From a virus: a DNA stretch of 64,000 nt. The DNA lies in the IMG/VR virus record IMGVR_UViG_3300022872_000001, positions 1 through 64,000 of that record; one strand, given 5' to 3'. The first letter of the stretch is position 1, and every line of letters begins with the position of its first letter. The notes beneath the pieces were generated by a model. The model saw only the letters and a program-made list of their open reading frames with translations, was not told the DNA's origin and did no database searches. Below are positions 46,622 through 56,268 of this stretch, one piece after another. The translations under genes were made by a program, and so were the position numbers.

Positions 46622-47061
46622 GCATGATAACCCCTATATTCTTTATAGAACCTCCGAGCATAGAGAATTCTTTTGACAAGCTACGCCGAGATGTTTCGGA
46701 ACGTGGAAGAGATATCTTTAATAAAGAATTCATAATCCACAATTTTGAACAGTGTCTTAATGAGATTGTGAGCGATCTTATCTTTTTCCAAACAAAAGAT
46801 ACAAGACATTATGAACTCCTGGTTGCTTCAAAAATTCAGGAGCTGATTAAGTATTATGTGTACCATGAAATAATCCTTAAGGGATTCCTTGAGGTTCCCG
46901 TTGTACCTGCTGACATAACCATTGGTACAGTTAAAAGGGATTGGGATTCTGGCAATTTAGTTGTCCCTGTCGTCGCCTCCGGTACGGTAGATACTAATCA
47001 TACCACAGGTTCACCTAAGTCCAAGAAACGCAAAGCCGGAATGAAAACGTCAAAAGAATAA
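46615..47061 (+). CDS. hypothetical protein
   Basis: 148 aa, AAGGAG RBS. Confidence 0.55.
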   Translation: MLSMITPIFFIEPPSIENSFDKLRRDVSERGRDIFNKEFIIHNFEQCLNEIVSDLIFFQTKDTRHYELLVASKIQELIKYYVYHEIILKGFLEVPVVPADITIGTVKRDWDSGNLVVPVVASGTVDTNHTTGSPKSKKRKAGMKTSKE

Positions 47062-47113
47062 GTAGCTAGTAAATACGGCATGTAAGATACATTCAACTGA
47101 AAAGGGAAATACT

Positions 47114-47563
47114 ATGACAACAGGAAGCATGCAGGAACTGCCAGAGAATGAGTTGCAGGATTTAGGAACAAACTTAATTGATGCTTTATTAGGCAAAGCA
47201 TCCCGTGAATCTCTTGATGTCATGGCTGAACTTCAGGAATCAATCATAGACGCCATCGATTCCCTTTCTACCTCTCTTGGCATTAGCTATGAAGACTCAG
47301 ATGACGAGGACGACGAAGAAGATGACACGGAAGATGGTGAAGACGGTGCTGGTACGGATATCGATGCTCTTGAAACCGAAGAGGAAGTGGAAGTTACCAC
47401 TACCGAAGATGTCGATCATCTGACAAGTAATCAATTGCGCAAGCTGTCTATTAGCATCGCAAATGAATTATTCGTCCGTGCTTCGCAGGCGGATGCAGAT
47501 GATTGTGATGAAGAGGACGAAACCGAGGATTCGGAAGCTGATGAAGAGGATTCGCATTTCTAA
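47114..47563 (+). CDS. acidic hypothetical protein
   Basis: 149 aa, D/E-rich; TAGTAAATA at 47067-47075. Confidence 0.7.
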   Translation: MTTGSMQELPENELQDLGTNLIDALLGKASRESLDVMAELQESIIDAIDSLSTSLGISYEDSDDEDDEEDDTEDGEDGAGTDIDALETEEEVEVTTTEDVDHLTSNQLRKLSISIANELFVRASQADADDCDEEDETEDSEADEEDSHF

Positions 47564-47579
47564 TTTGTTGCAGTAAATA

Positions 47580-48155
47580 AACAGTGAACAACACGAATGG
47601 AGGATCTTATGTTTTCCGGCATTCGTGCGATGTTGCAAGATTGGTACTACGTAATCTGTAATACAGATTACCAAGTCTTCCTTTATAAGGTTGGGTGTGG
47701 GAACCTAGTTGCTGCAACCTACGGCAGGTCAGCAACATACACTATTAGCCGACGCGCTAGCCACAGATTTTGGTATCTGTAAGGCTAGCGTGATCGTTAT
47801 ATAGAGCAGTACCCACACCGCACATCCTGCGACACGCGCACAGCCACAACTTTACAATTCAAGCATCAAACTAAAAGGCTCGTGCCTATTAGGACGTCCT
47901 AACTCTTACACAGTTATCTTGTTGATCGAAAGCTTCAAGGTTTCTATGTAAGACGGAATGTCCATTTATGCGTAGCGTGAGAGAACGCCGCCGGAAGCAT
48001 AATGCAGACAACTAGTAGTTGATATCGAGCGTAGTTATTTGGGTCGCTCCCGCTACATCCCGGTTTCATCCTATGCGTCGATTCACTGCTTCCGAAGCCG
48101 TTTTTAAATAGATTCAAATGAAGGGCGATTCAGAAATGGGTCGCCCTTTTCCTTT
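47580..48155 (+). ncRNA. candidate large structured non-coding RNA (~550 nt)
   Basis: Follows GCAGTAAATA (47570-47579), ends in a terminator; at least four local stems and two long-range helices; no convincing ORF. Confidence 0.6.
48121..48155 (+). terminator. intrinsic terminator
   Basis: AAGGGCGA/TCGCCCTT stem + TTCCTTTTG. Confidence 0.7.
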
Positions 48156-48221
48156 TGTTCAGTAGTAAATAAAGTGTGCATCATTTAAATCTAAGCTAAC
48201 TAATTCTCGAAAGGTACTATC

Positions 48222-48704
48222 ATGGCAACTAAGAAATCTGCAACTAAGGCTCTATCCGCAACACGCACTACCTACGCTGTTGATCTGAAGAGTAAGAAAA
48301 CAGTACCTGCAAAAACATTCGTCACTGGCCGCCTGGAACAACCGAAGCAAGCCTCCCAAGAACCTTTACCTGAACCAGAAACGGCAGTAGACGCTGGTAC
48401 TTTGCTTGGTACCTATATTCCTCCAGGTGACGGGGACTCGTCTACTGTATCTACCCGTTCGGTAATTCTCTCCCGCATTTGCGGCATGGAACAGACGATT
48501 TTACACAATCGTGGGTTACTCGGTGACCTTATCGCTACCCTCAGTCCTATTCTGGGGGAAGACGCCGTGGTACCTCCTGCGCCTACTTCATGCTTTGAGG
48601 CAAATGTTCACTCTCATCTGCGTCTTCGTATTGAGAATATCATCGATACTCTGGAAGATCAAACACGCGTTATTGTTTCCCTAATTACGGCTGTGGAGTT
48701 GTAA
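48222..48704 (+). CDS. hypothetical protein
   Basis: 160 aa; TAGTAAATA at 48163-48171; C-terminal helices resemble 48972-49265. Confidence 0.65.
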   Translation: MATKKSATKALSATRTTYAVDLKSKKTVPAKTFVTGRLEQPKQASQEPLPEPETAVDAGTLLGTYIPPGDGDSSTVSTRSVILSRICGMEQTILHNRGLLGDLIATLSPILGEDAVVPPAPTSCFEANVHSHLRLRIENIIDTLEDQTRVIVSLITAVEL

Positions 48705-48961
48705 TGCGTTGCGATGAAGTGGCTGAGTCCCTCATCGCACTGGCAAACCCTATTGAGGGTTTCCTTGTGACCAGGGATCAAATCGAAAGGCTTCTTGGGA
48801 CTGAACTACACTATGTCCTACAGATCAGTATCAATCAGTCTCTTGATCGCCTTGGTTACATCCTAATTTCTCTTGAGAATATATTCTCCGTCGTTTCCAA
48901 GCAGCACCTCAAGGAAATGCCGTGCGTCACAGACGAATCAATAACCCATCTCCTTTCTTAG
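48704..48961 (+). CDS. hypothetical protein
   Basis: 85 aa, TAATG coupling. Confidence 0.6.
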   Translation: MRCDEVAESLIALANPIEGFLVTRDQIERLLGTELHYVLQISINQSLDRLGYILISLENIFSVVSKQHLKEMPCVTDESITHLLS

Positions 48962-48971
48962 AAAGAAAATT

Positions 48972-49265
48972 ATGGCACTTCCTAAAAGTCTCAAACACCA
49001 TGCGCGGGCGGAATCCGTTCCAAAACTCTCCATTCTCCAGTTACGTTTGGAAGAGCATGATACGGCAATCAGTACGCTACACGATACAGCTAAGCTTCTT
49101 TCGAGTAGGCTTGATCCTGTTATGGAAGCGCCTTCCCCGACCGAGAAAGAATCACTAGACTCGGTATCTCATTCTCTCCTGACCGATACCATTGCCAACA
49201 ACACCAGGTCCCTGGCGTCCCTCAATTCTGTTCTCGAGGATATAATTTCCCGCCTGGTGCTGTAA
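48972..49265 (+). CDS. hypothetical protein
   Basis: 97 aa, helical. Confidence 0.6.
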   Translation: MALPKSLKHHARAESVPKLSILQLRLEEHDTAISTLHDTAKLLSSRLDPVMEAPSPTEKESLDSVSHSLLTDTIANNTRSLASLNSVLEDIISRLVL

Positions 49266-49282
49266 GTATTTTTAGGAATCGT

Positions 49283-51004
49283 ATGAAAAACCGTTTCAAG
49301 ATTGCGGCGAAACGGCTAATCGTTAATGTGGCGTCGTCTCACGGGATGGCGCCTCTCGACGTTTTGGCTATCCACAAATATGCTAGGACACAGAAATCCT
49401 ACAATCCTGCGTCCGTATTTGGTACATGTCTGTATGCTTACAAGGAGCAGCTATATCCTAAAACGATCAAACGATTCCTAAAAGGCAAAACTTCGGAAGC
49501 TTTGAAAGAAACGCAATACCTCAAAGCCAGAGATAAATTTGTTGATGGTCGTTACGGCTTTGCATTTGATTTTATAAATAATTTTTACGTCAAGCAATTC
49601 ATTGCTTTGTTCAATGACGAAGAGAAAAAGCAGCCTGTTTTCGGTTATACACAGTTGAATACTGCATTGACCAAACCTCAGCAAATTGTACGGGAACAGA
49701 TAAGGGAAAAGTCTCCCACATCTTCCTCTATAATTATTCCTACTTCGAAAGAAGTAGCGGCACTAACAAATAAGCTGCCGTCTCCTGTTATCTTTGATTC
49801 AATAAAATGGACTAAGCAACAGGCTAATGCCCTCAAACTTATCTATGCTTGGTTGCGCGACTCTAATCGAAAACCAATCTTCCGACTCTTCGGATACGCA
49901 GGTGTAGGTAAGACGTTCCTAGCCAAAGCTATTGCGGCTTTCGTTTATAACGAAGCAGGCAAACGTAATGTGCCTAAAGGGGATGTCCTATTCGCGGCTT
50001 ATACAGGCAAGGCTGCGTCGGTAATGCGACGTAATGAATGCGTAGGTGCCTCCACTCTCCACTCTTTATTATACAAACCTATCATCGATCCTGGTACAGG
50101 CAGGTGCACTGGTTTCATGCTTAATGGTGACTCGGTATTGGCACATGCCTCCGTTCTAATCGTAGACGAGGTATCCATGGTCAATGAGGAATTAGGTAAG
50201 GACGCGGAAGCTTTTAATATCCCTATCCTTTGCTTAGGTGATCCTGGTCAGCTTGATCCAATTGAAGGGTACGGATATTTCACCTCTGTGGAGCCGGACG
50301 TAATGCTCACAGATATTCAGCGCCAGGCAAAAGATAATCCCATCATTCACTTAGCAACCCGAGTGCGTGAAGGTAAATCTCTTAAAACTGGCAAGTATGG
50401 ATCCTCAAGAGTCATCGATACCTTATATACGCCAGCCTCCAAGATGGCTAAGTTCGATCAAATCATTGTTGGTCGTAATGATACTCGCAGGTCAATCAAT
50501 CAAACGATGCGCAAGCATTATGGATACTTCAAAGAATCCTCTATGTATCCTGTTGAAGGTGAACGGTTAATCTGTTTGAAAAATAATAAGACCAATGGTT
50601 TATACAATGGCACTATGTGGGTTGCCGGTAAATCGTCCATCCGTAAAGTATTGATTCCTAAATTCAAAGGATCTTATAGCAAGATTACAGGTTCTTTGGA
50701 TGTGTTAGCTTTCAAGGTAACCAGCGAGGACGAATTGACTCCGGAAGGTACACCAGTAATTATCGATACCCAATGCAGTCCTCATATGTTCAATCTTGGT
50801 TTACCTGAACCTGACTTTAGGGAACGTATTAGCTGTGATGAGTTCGCCTACGGTTATGCAGCCACTGTGCATAAGATGCAAGGGTCCCAATGTCGACGGG
50901 TGTTCCTAAAAGATGAAAGTGCCGCCTTTGGACGGAATGCATGGAAACATCTTTATACGGGAATCACGCGAGCTATTGAGGATATTACCATAGCGCTTGC
51001 ATAG
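49283..51004 (+). CDS. RecD/Dda-like SF1B DNA helicase
   Basis: GYAGVGKT, AYTGKAA, TLHSLLY, DEVSMV, GDPGQL.P, RQ, YA.TVHK.QGS, YTGITRA. Confidence 0.92.
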   Translation: MKNRFKIAAKRLIVNVASSHGMAPLDVLAIHKYARTQKSYNPASVFGTCLYAYKEQLYPKTIKRFLKGKTSEALKETQYLKARDKFVDGRYGFAFDFINNFYVKQFIALFNDEEKKQPVFGYTQLNTALTKPQQIVREQIREKSPTSSSIIIPTSKEVAALTNKLPSPVIFDSIKWTKQQANALKLIYAWLRDSNRKPIFRLFGYAGVGKTFLAKAIAAFVYNEAGKRNVPKGDVLFAAYTGKAASVMRRNECVGASTLHSLLYKPIIDPGTGRCTGFMLNGDSVLAHASVLIVDEVSMVNEELGKDAEAFNIPILCLGDPGQLDPIEGYGYFTSVEPDVMLTDIQRQAKDNPIIHLATRVREGKSLKTGKYGSSRVIDTLYTPASKMAKFDQIIVGRNDTRRSINQTMRKHYGYFKESSMYPVEGERLICLKNNKTNGLYNGTMWVAGKSSIRKVLIPKFKGSYSKITGSLDVLAFKVTSEDELTPEGTPVIIDTQCSPHMFNLGLPEPDFRERISCDEFAYGYAATVHKMQGSQCRRVFLKDESAAFGRNAWKHLYTGITRAIEDITIALA

Positions 51005-51028
51005 TAAATAGAGGGTAAGGAGAATAGC

Positions 51029-51385
51029 ATGAATGTGAACAAGCAATTATTGGAAGAGGCTGCCTCGGCCGCAGGGCATACACTAGTATGGTCATACGAC
51101 GAGAGTTTATGTTTTCTTACCGATACCTGGGAGGGATGTTTTAACCATGACGAACCGTGGAACCCTATTCGTATGGATGCAGATGCCTTTCGTTTGCAGG
51201 TGAAACTTAAGATGTTAGTAATCTGGCTACCCCTACACGTGCGGGTTAGGTGTGGAAATATACATGCCCTAGAATTTATAGGAAGTTATGCTAATAGCGA
51301 AGATCCTTATAGAGACGCTGCACGCAGAGCTATTACACGGTGCGCAGCTAGGTATGCACCCACTAAGGAATTACACAATGCTTGA
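51029..51385 (+). CDS. hypothetical protein
   Basis: 118 aa, AAGGAG RBS, TAGTAAATA at 51002. Confidence 0.65.
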   Translation: MNVNKQLLEEAASAAGHTLVWSYDESLCFLTDTWEGCFNHDEPWNPIRMDADAFRLQVKLKMLVIWLPLHVRVRCGNIHALEFIGSYANSEDPYRDAARRAITRCAARYAPTKELHNA

Positions 51386-53651
51386 CTCAAGTTTCACCTA
51401 TAAATTCGATAGTCCCAACGCCTATGATTTAACTCTTAAGCGTTGCTCGAATTGGAAGAATGAAAAGAAACGTGTGCTAATCATTATGCAGACGGTCGAT
51501 GGCCGCGATCTTCGCGCTAAGGCAATGCTGGGTGATAAGTTGACTAGTAATACAATGCATAATGCAATTAAGTACGCGCGCGGTATTGCTCGTACCTACA
51601 CAGAAAAAGGATTAAACGATGTAGCCTTTAGTGTTGTGCCCTTTCACCAATACAAACATCTCCATTTACCCTCCGGTCCTCGTCGCGCTGCCGAAGCTGC
51701 ATTCGCTCACCACGTCCACGCAATGATTGGTAAACTTAAACCAACGCACATATTGGTTTCAGGTGATAACGCAATGCATGCCTTGTTTCCAGCTATTGAT
51801 AAGCATGCATACAAACGCGGTTGGGTTCATGAATTACAATCAGGTGATCTTAAGGTAAAGGTAGTCTCCACGCTTGACATGGCACGCTTACTGGAGAAGC
51901 AAGGTCAACACGCAAACCTACTTGGATTTTGGTGCCGACATTTATGTAATCTTTTGATTGGTCGATTACCTCATGACCTTTCTCATGTTAAAGCAAAGCC
52001 TATCTATGTTAATACTCTGGAGAAGTTCGATAAGGTCATGGATCTCGTTGAATCTTCCTCTATCGTGGCAACGGATACGGAAACTGCCAACCTTACGGTA
52101 CTGCACAATAAAATCTATACAGTGCAGTTCGCTAGTGATAAATTGCCGTTAAATGGTTACATCATTCCATACAAGCATCCTCAGACGCCTTGGAATAAGG
52201 AAGAATTAAAACACGTCAGAAAACGTCTAACGAAGTTCTTTAGCAGTAAGAAAGGTCCAGAACTTGTTACGTTTAATGGTATGTTTGATTTACGTGTCAT
52301 TCGTCGGCAGTTCAAGCTTCCAATTATTTGGAATCGTGTTTGGGAAATTACAGCAGGTGAACACAACCTGGATGAGAATATTTCCTCCCTCTCCAGCTTC
52401 GGTGCCAAACCTGGTGGCTTGGCTGCTGTCTATTGTTCGTATGGTAATGAATTCTACTACACAGCCGAGTTCGGTAAGGATGAGAGAGCCACAATCTCTC
52501 ACGTAAATATTAATAAGAACAAAGGCTTTCAGTTTTACGCAGCTACTGACGTTGTATCTATTCTAGCGCTTAGAAATGCTCAGATTGAAAAAGCTGACCA
52601 TCAGTTTATCCAAGGTAAGAAGTACGGCCCGTATTTTAAACGCCATGTACTCTACCAAATGAGTGACACTGCGCATCAACTATCCCACTTAGCTGAGGAT
52701 GGTTCCTATGTTGACGCAAAATACCTGCGACATCTGATTGGTGCAGATTCTCCCTTGCGAAAGGAGTTGCGAGTCCTTGATAAGGATATGCGTAACTTCC
52801 CTGATATGCAGGAAGCTAATCGTGTACTTCTGGCTAATTCGGGTTTGAAATCCAAAGGCTTATTCGGTGCAGCTCGACAAGCCACTAATTGGATGCTTCG
52901 CGTATCTAAGACAGCGCATTTACGTATTCTGTTCTTTGATGTAATGAAGCTGGAAGCTGTATCTGAAACTGACGGTGGGGAACCTTCTACAGATAAGGAA
53001 TTCGTTAATGAATACAAGGATACCAACATCGTTGTGGACGCGTATGGTCAGTATGCAGCCTTAGCCAAGCTACTGAGTACCTACGCTAAGGGTTGGTACA
53101 AAAAACTAACTACATCAAAGGATTCGATTACTGACGGTCATCTTAGACCTCAGTACACCTTCTTTGATGTAGATACAGGACGTTTGGCTTGTAAGAATCC
53201 TAATCTGCAAACAATTCCATCCAGGTCTAAGCTAGCTAAGATCATTAAACGGATGTTCGTTGCTCCTCCGGGTGCCATGCTCGTAAGGTTCGATTATAGT
53301 GCCCATGAAGTTCGTGGTTGGTCGATTGTTAGTGGTGATAAGGCATTAGCCGAAGTGTTCCGAATGGGTCAAAAGCTTCGGCAGATCTTCATTCAAGATC
53401 CTTCGGAAGCAAATGCCAAAGCTGTCAAAGAAAAGGGCGATGTTCATCTTTTGAACGTAAAAAGATTATTTAATAAAATCGTCGAAAAGAAACATCCATT
53501 ACGTGATGCGGTCAAAGCTGTTATCTTTGGACTTTTATACGGAAAGTCTACCCAATCATTAGGTGTCGATACTAAGAAGGGTGACCTGGATGCTATCAAA
53601 GGCACGCTTAATGCCTTGCGTAAGGAACTCAAACAATTGGAGAAGGTATGA
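51378..53651 (+). CDS. family A DNA polymerase, N-terminal part (UDG-like domain, 3'-5' exonuclease, motifs A and B)
   Basis: ATDTET exonuclease I; TGRLAC.NPNLQTIP; DYSAHEVR (motif A); RDAVKAVIFGLLYG (motif B); start refined to ATG 51378. Confidence 0.9.
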   Translation: MLDSSFTYKFDSPNAYDLTLKRCSNWKNEKKRVLIIMQTVDGRDLRAKAMLGDKLTSNTMHNAIKYARGIARTYTEKGLNDVAFSVVPFHQYKHLHLPSGPRRAAEAAFAHHVHAMIGKLKPTHILVSGDNAMHALFPAIDKHAYKRGWVHELQSGDLKVKVVSTLDMARLLEKQGQHANLLGFWCRHLCNLLIGRLPHDLSHVKAKPIYVNTLEKFDKVMDLVESSSIVATDTETANLTVLHNKIYTVQFASDKLPLNGYIIPYKHPQTPWNKEELKHVRKRLTKFFSSKKGPELVTFNGMFDLRVIRRQFKLPIIWNRVWEITAGEHNLDENISSLSSFGAKPGGLAAVYCSYGNEFYYTAEFGKDERATISHVNINKNKGFQFYAATDVVSILALRNAQIEKADHQFIQGKKYGPYFKRHVLYQMSDTAHQLSHLAEDGSYVDAKYLRHLIGADSPLRKELRVLDKDMRNFPDMQEANRVLLANSGLKSKGLFGAARQATNWMLRVSKTAHLRILFFDVMKLEAVSETDGGEPSTDKEFVNEYKDTNIVVDAYGQYAALAKLLSTYAKGWYKKLTTSKDSITDGHLRPQYTFFDVDTGRLACKNPNLQTIPSRSKLAKIIKRMFVAPPGAMLVRFDYSAHEVRGWSIVSGDKALAEVFRMGQKLRQIFIQDPSEANAKAVKEKGDVHLLNVKRLFNKIVEKKHPLRDAVKAVIFGLLYGKSTQSLGVDTKKGDLDAIKGTLNALRKELKQLEKV

Positions 53652-54055
53652 ATGACATCGTAGTGGTTAAGCCAGGTGAAGGGGTCATAATTGATCCAGC
53701 TGCTAAACTTCAATACACCAAACACTTTCCAAATCGCTATACGGTAGTAGCAACTCCTTCAGATTACCATGTAGCTTATAAAATCTATGAAATCGCTGGT
53801 TGGGCAGGTAAGACTTCGGATAAGAATCTGGATACTCCTTTATACGGCGAAGACTTCACTGAAGGTATCGATGGGATTGATACGGTTATCAGTGGTTCGG
53901 TAAAATGGGATGGTTGCAGCAATTGGAGTTTTGATGAGACTGCACGCGGCCATATGACCCACGGATGTAGCAAAGAGGACATATTGAGTATAGGCCTTAT
54001 TCTTGGCGAATGCTGGGAATGGACGAAAGAACTTTGCCCTAATTGGAGTTACTAA
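53648..54055 (+). CDS. hypothetical protein inserted in split polymerase
   Basis: 135 aa, ATGA overlap; GSVKWDGCSNW motif. Confidence 0.7.
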   Translation: MNDIVVVKPGEGVIIDPAAKLQYTKHFPNRYTVVATPSDYHVAYKIYEIAGWAGKTSDKNLDTPLYGEDFTEGIDGIDTVISGSVKWDGCSNWSFDETARGHMTHGCSKEDILSIGLILGECWEWTKELCPNWSY

Positions 54056-54288
54056 TGGAATCACCTTCTCTAATTAGTTTTCTGATATACCTAGCAACCA
54101 GTGCGTATATAATTGCGGTCTATTTTGCAGGTGGGCGTCGCCGCAACGATAATTCGTTATCGTGCATATTTATGGCCATCTCCATATTTTGCATATTCAA
54201 CATCTTTATGCCTTTGAATCTGGCAGTGTGGTTAGCCATATCATGTATTTGTTGGTTCGTACTAATCATGAGGAATAGAAATGGCTAA
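54043..54288 (+). CDS. small membrane protein inserted in split polymerase
   Basis: 81 aa, 2-3 hydrophobic segments. Confidence 0.55.
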   Translation: MELLMESPSLISFLIYLATSAYIIAVYFAGGRRRNDNSLSCIFMAISIFCIFNIFMPLNLAVWLAISCICWFVLIMRNRNG

Positions 54289-55159
54289 GGTACTAGAGAA
54301 ACCTGTTGAACTCACAGGTAAAGCAAGGCAAAAACGTATTGAAGAGATCAAAACTTTAATTAAGAAGGAAGAGAAAGCTTTAGCTGTTTTGATTGCCGAA
54401 GACCGTACACCTTATGCGCAGGACATTGTTGATCGTATGTTCACTGAATTCCCTAAGGGTGCGCAGTGGACTAACAAGATGAAGAAATTGGCGGAGGAAG
54501 AATTCTATGTCTTCTCACCAATCGGACGCAAGCGTAATCTCTTCGCAGCAATGACTCAAGATCAAGCTATTGTTGCACGCCAGGTTCGCCGTGGCACCAA
54601 TGCTCCTATTCAAGGTTTCGCTTCGGAGATTAGCGTTAAGGCTGGTCGCGTGGTTTATGAAACATACTACGAACACTTGCCGACCTTCTGTGAATTGATG
54701 GAGGTAGACTACGATCCGTGGGAATGGCGTGTACCTTACAATCGAATCGTACATGATGCTTCCTATTACGCCGTGCCCTTCAAAATGGTAATACCTTTCG
54801 TGCATATCCTGCAATACGATACTACATACGGAATTACCAAACGTTACAAAGAGGAATTCGGTGTTGCCTTTACAGTAGAGCCAGAGATCGAGATCGACTT
54901 TGGTGCTCGTGATGACAATACATTCGGTTGGGACTGGTCCATTCCTTCCATTGTAGATTCCATGGATAAGTCCTTGCAAGATATGATTGAATTGAAAATC
55001 CTTAGAGAAAATAAGGAGAAGATCATGAAACAAATTTTCAAGCCATGGGCGAATAAGAAGTTTCGCCATTACCTGCAAGAACATTTCCCCCTACTCGGTG
55101 TTACCGATTTAGATAAACAAATTGTGGACGCCATTCGCCCCATTTATAAGAAAGAATAA
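54281..55159 (+). CDS. family A DNA polymerase, C-terminal part (motif C)
   Basis: YVFSPIGRKRNL, RRGTNAPIQG.ASE, IVHDA. Confidence 0.88.
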   Translation: MAKVLEKPVELTGKARQKRIEEIKTLIKKEEKALAVLIAEDRTPYAQDIVDRMFTEFPKGAQWTNKMKKLAEEEFYVFSPIGRKRNLFAAMTQDQAIVARQVRRGTNAPIQGFASEISVKAGRVVYETYYEHLPTFCELMEVDYDPWEWRVPYNRIVHDASYYAVPFKMVIPFVHILQYDTTYGITKRYKEEFGVAFTVEPEIEIDFGARDDNTFGWDWSIPSIVDSMDKSLQDMIELKILRENKEKIMKQIFKPWANKKFRHYLQEHFPLLGVTDLDKQIVDAIRPIYKKE

Positions 55160-55163
55160 ACCA

Positions 55164-55568
55164 ATGGACTCGCCTAATATTGAAGAACAGTACGGTAGGT
55201 ATCAGATTCGTATAATTAGTGCAATGACGTTAATCATAACTGATCTCTACCATACGCTGCATTATATGTTCTTCATAACCCCCGTCGAGTCCGGTTTCAC
55301 CAATTTCCAGATAACACTAGCATTGACCAGCACTCGCCCTGAGCATCTCCTGAATGAACGATTCGTTGTATTCGACCAGGAGATATTCTCGTGCTACGCG
55401 TTCCTTGCATATGATCGTGAGCGTATAAATATAACTCGCACCATCATTAGTCAGTTCACCAATGATTTTGAAATTTCAAACCCTGTTGAACTTGCAGCCG
55501 AGCTCGGTGGAACAATCTTCCACGAGACGTTCATGCTCCCTAAATTACCAAAGTCTTCCTACTCATGA
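55164..55568 (+). CDS. hypothetical protein
   Basis: Start refined to MDSPN. Confidence 0.55.
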   Translation: MDSPNIEEQYGRYQIRIISAMTLIITDLYHTLHYMFFITPVESGFTNFQITLALTSTRPEHLLNERFVVFDQEIFSCYAFLAYDRERINITRTIISQFTNDFEISNPVELAAELGGTIFHETFMLPKLPKSSYS

Positions 55569-56266
55569 TAACCCAATTCTTCGCAGGAACTCTTGTCCTT
55601 CATGCGCGTCGGCGTGTATCTGATTTTGAGATTCCGGAATTCCGTGACTGCTACAAACAACGAGGACAACACGTTCCTGGTCAGTATAATGGTTACTGGA
55701 CTTTACATACCTCGATATCCGATTCTGCTTCCATATATCTGCCTCAGCGCTACAAGCATATGCAGACGCTATGCACCGATACCGAAATGATATGGCATAT
55801 TCAGAAAGGTCTTGAATCTCTTGATTCTTTGTATGAAGGTTCCCGACAGCTCTATAAGTTGCAGAAATTGATCGAATCCTTAGATTCCAAATCCTACGGC
55901 GCTGTAGTAAATATAGAAGCAACAACAGCAAATGGTCAAGCCACACCTGGCAGCTTCTATATTTTAAGCAACCGATTACCCGTATATGTGGCTTTAGTGT
56001 TTGACCAGGAAGAGGAATCTGTTCGCCTTGTTTGGGCTACCTTTGATATTGTTGCAAAGTTGCGAACATCAAGTATTAATCCGAATCGTTTTGTTTTCTT
56101 CCGATTTCCTGTAGCAGTTTCACGTCCTTTATTTCTGCCCTCTCAGGTACTATGTCAGCGTTGGTACAACTTCACGAAAACCTTTAAGGATAAACCTCTA
56201 GGTTTGCTGACGGCGTGTAATGCCTTTGAGAATTTTCTGTTTAAAGATCCTAAGATTGCCTATTAA
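55565..56266 (+). CDS. degenerate class II glutamine amidotransferase-like (Ntn) protein
   Basis: LHARR, TDTEMIWH, YGAVV, SNRLPVYV echo GATase_2 motifs; no N-terminal Cys. Confidence 0.4.
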   Translation: MITQFFAGTLVLHARRRVSDFEIPEFRDCYKQRGQHVPGQYNGYWTLHTSISDSASIYLPQRYKHMQTLCTDTEMIWHIQKGLESLDSLYEGSRQLYKLQKLIESLDSKSYGAVVNIEATTANGQATPGSFYILSNRLPVYVALVFDQEEESVRLVWATFDIVAKLRTSSINPNRFVFFRFPVAVSRPLFLPSQVLCQRWYNFTKTFKDKPLGLLTACNAFENFLFKDPKIAY

Positions 56267-56268
56267 TT

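Noticed and set aside
47597-47782. 61-aa ORF as the explanation of the region
   Set aside because: It has a GGAGG but lies inside dense helices, its RBS is enclosed by a stem, and it covers only a third of the transcript unit; not excluded, but not annotated
48040-48063. tRNA-Pro-like 5' end (CGGGATGTAGCG) on the minus strand
   Set aside because: No D-loop, anticodon arm or T-arm follows
47580-48120. tmRNA or RNase P RNA identity for the structured region
   Set aside because: No tRNA-Ala-like ends with T-arm/CCA and no GAGGAAAGUCC P4 signature seen
53652-54280. Intein or group I intron in the polymerase
   Set aside because: No intein N-terminal Cys/Ser block or HN end, no LAGLIDADG/HNH/GIY-YIG ORF, and no recognisable group I core; both halves have normal stops and starts
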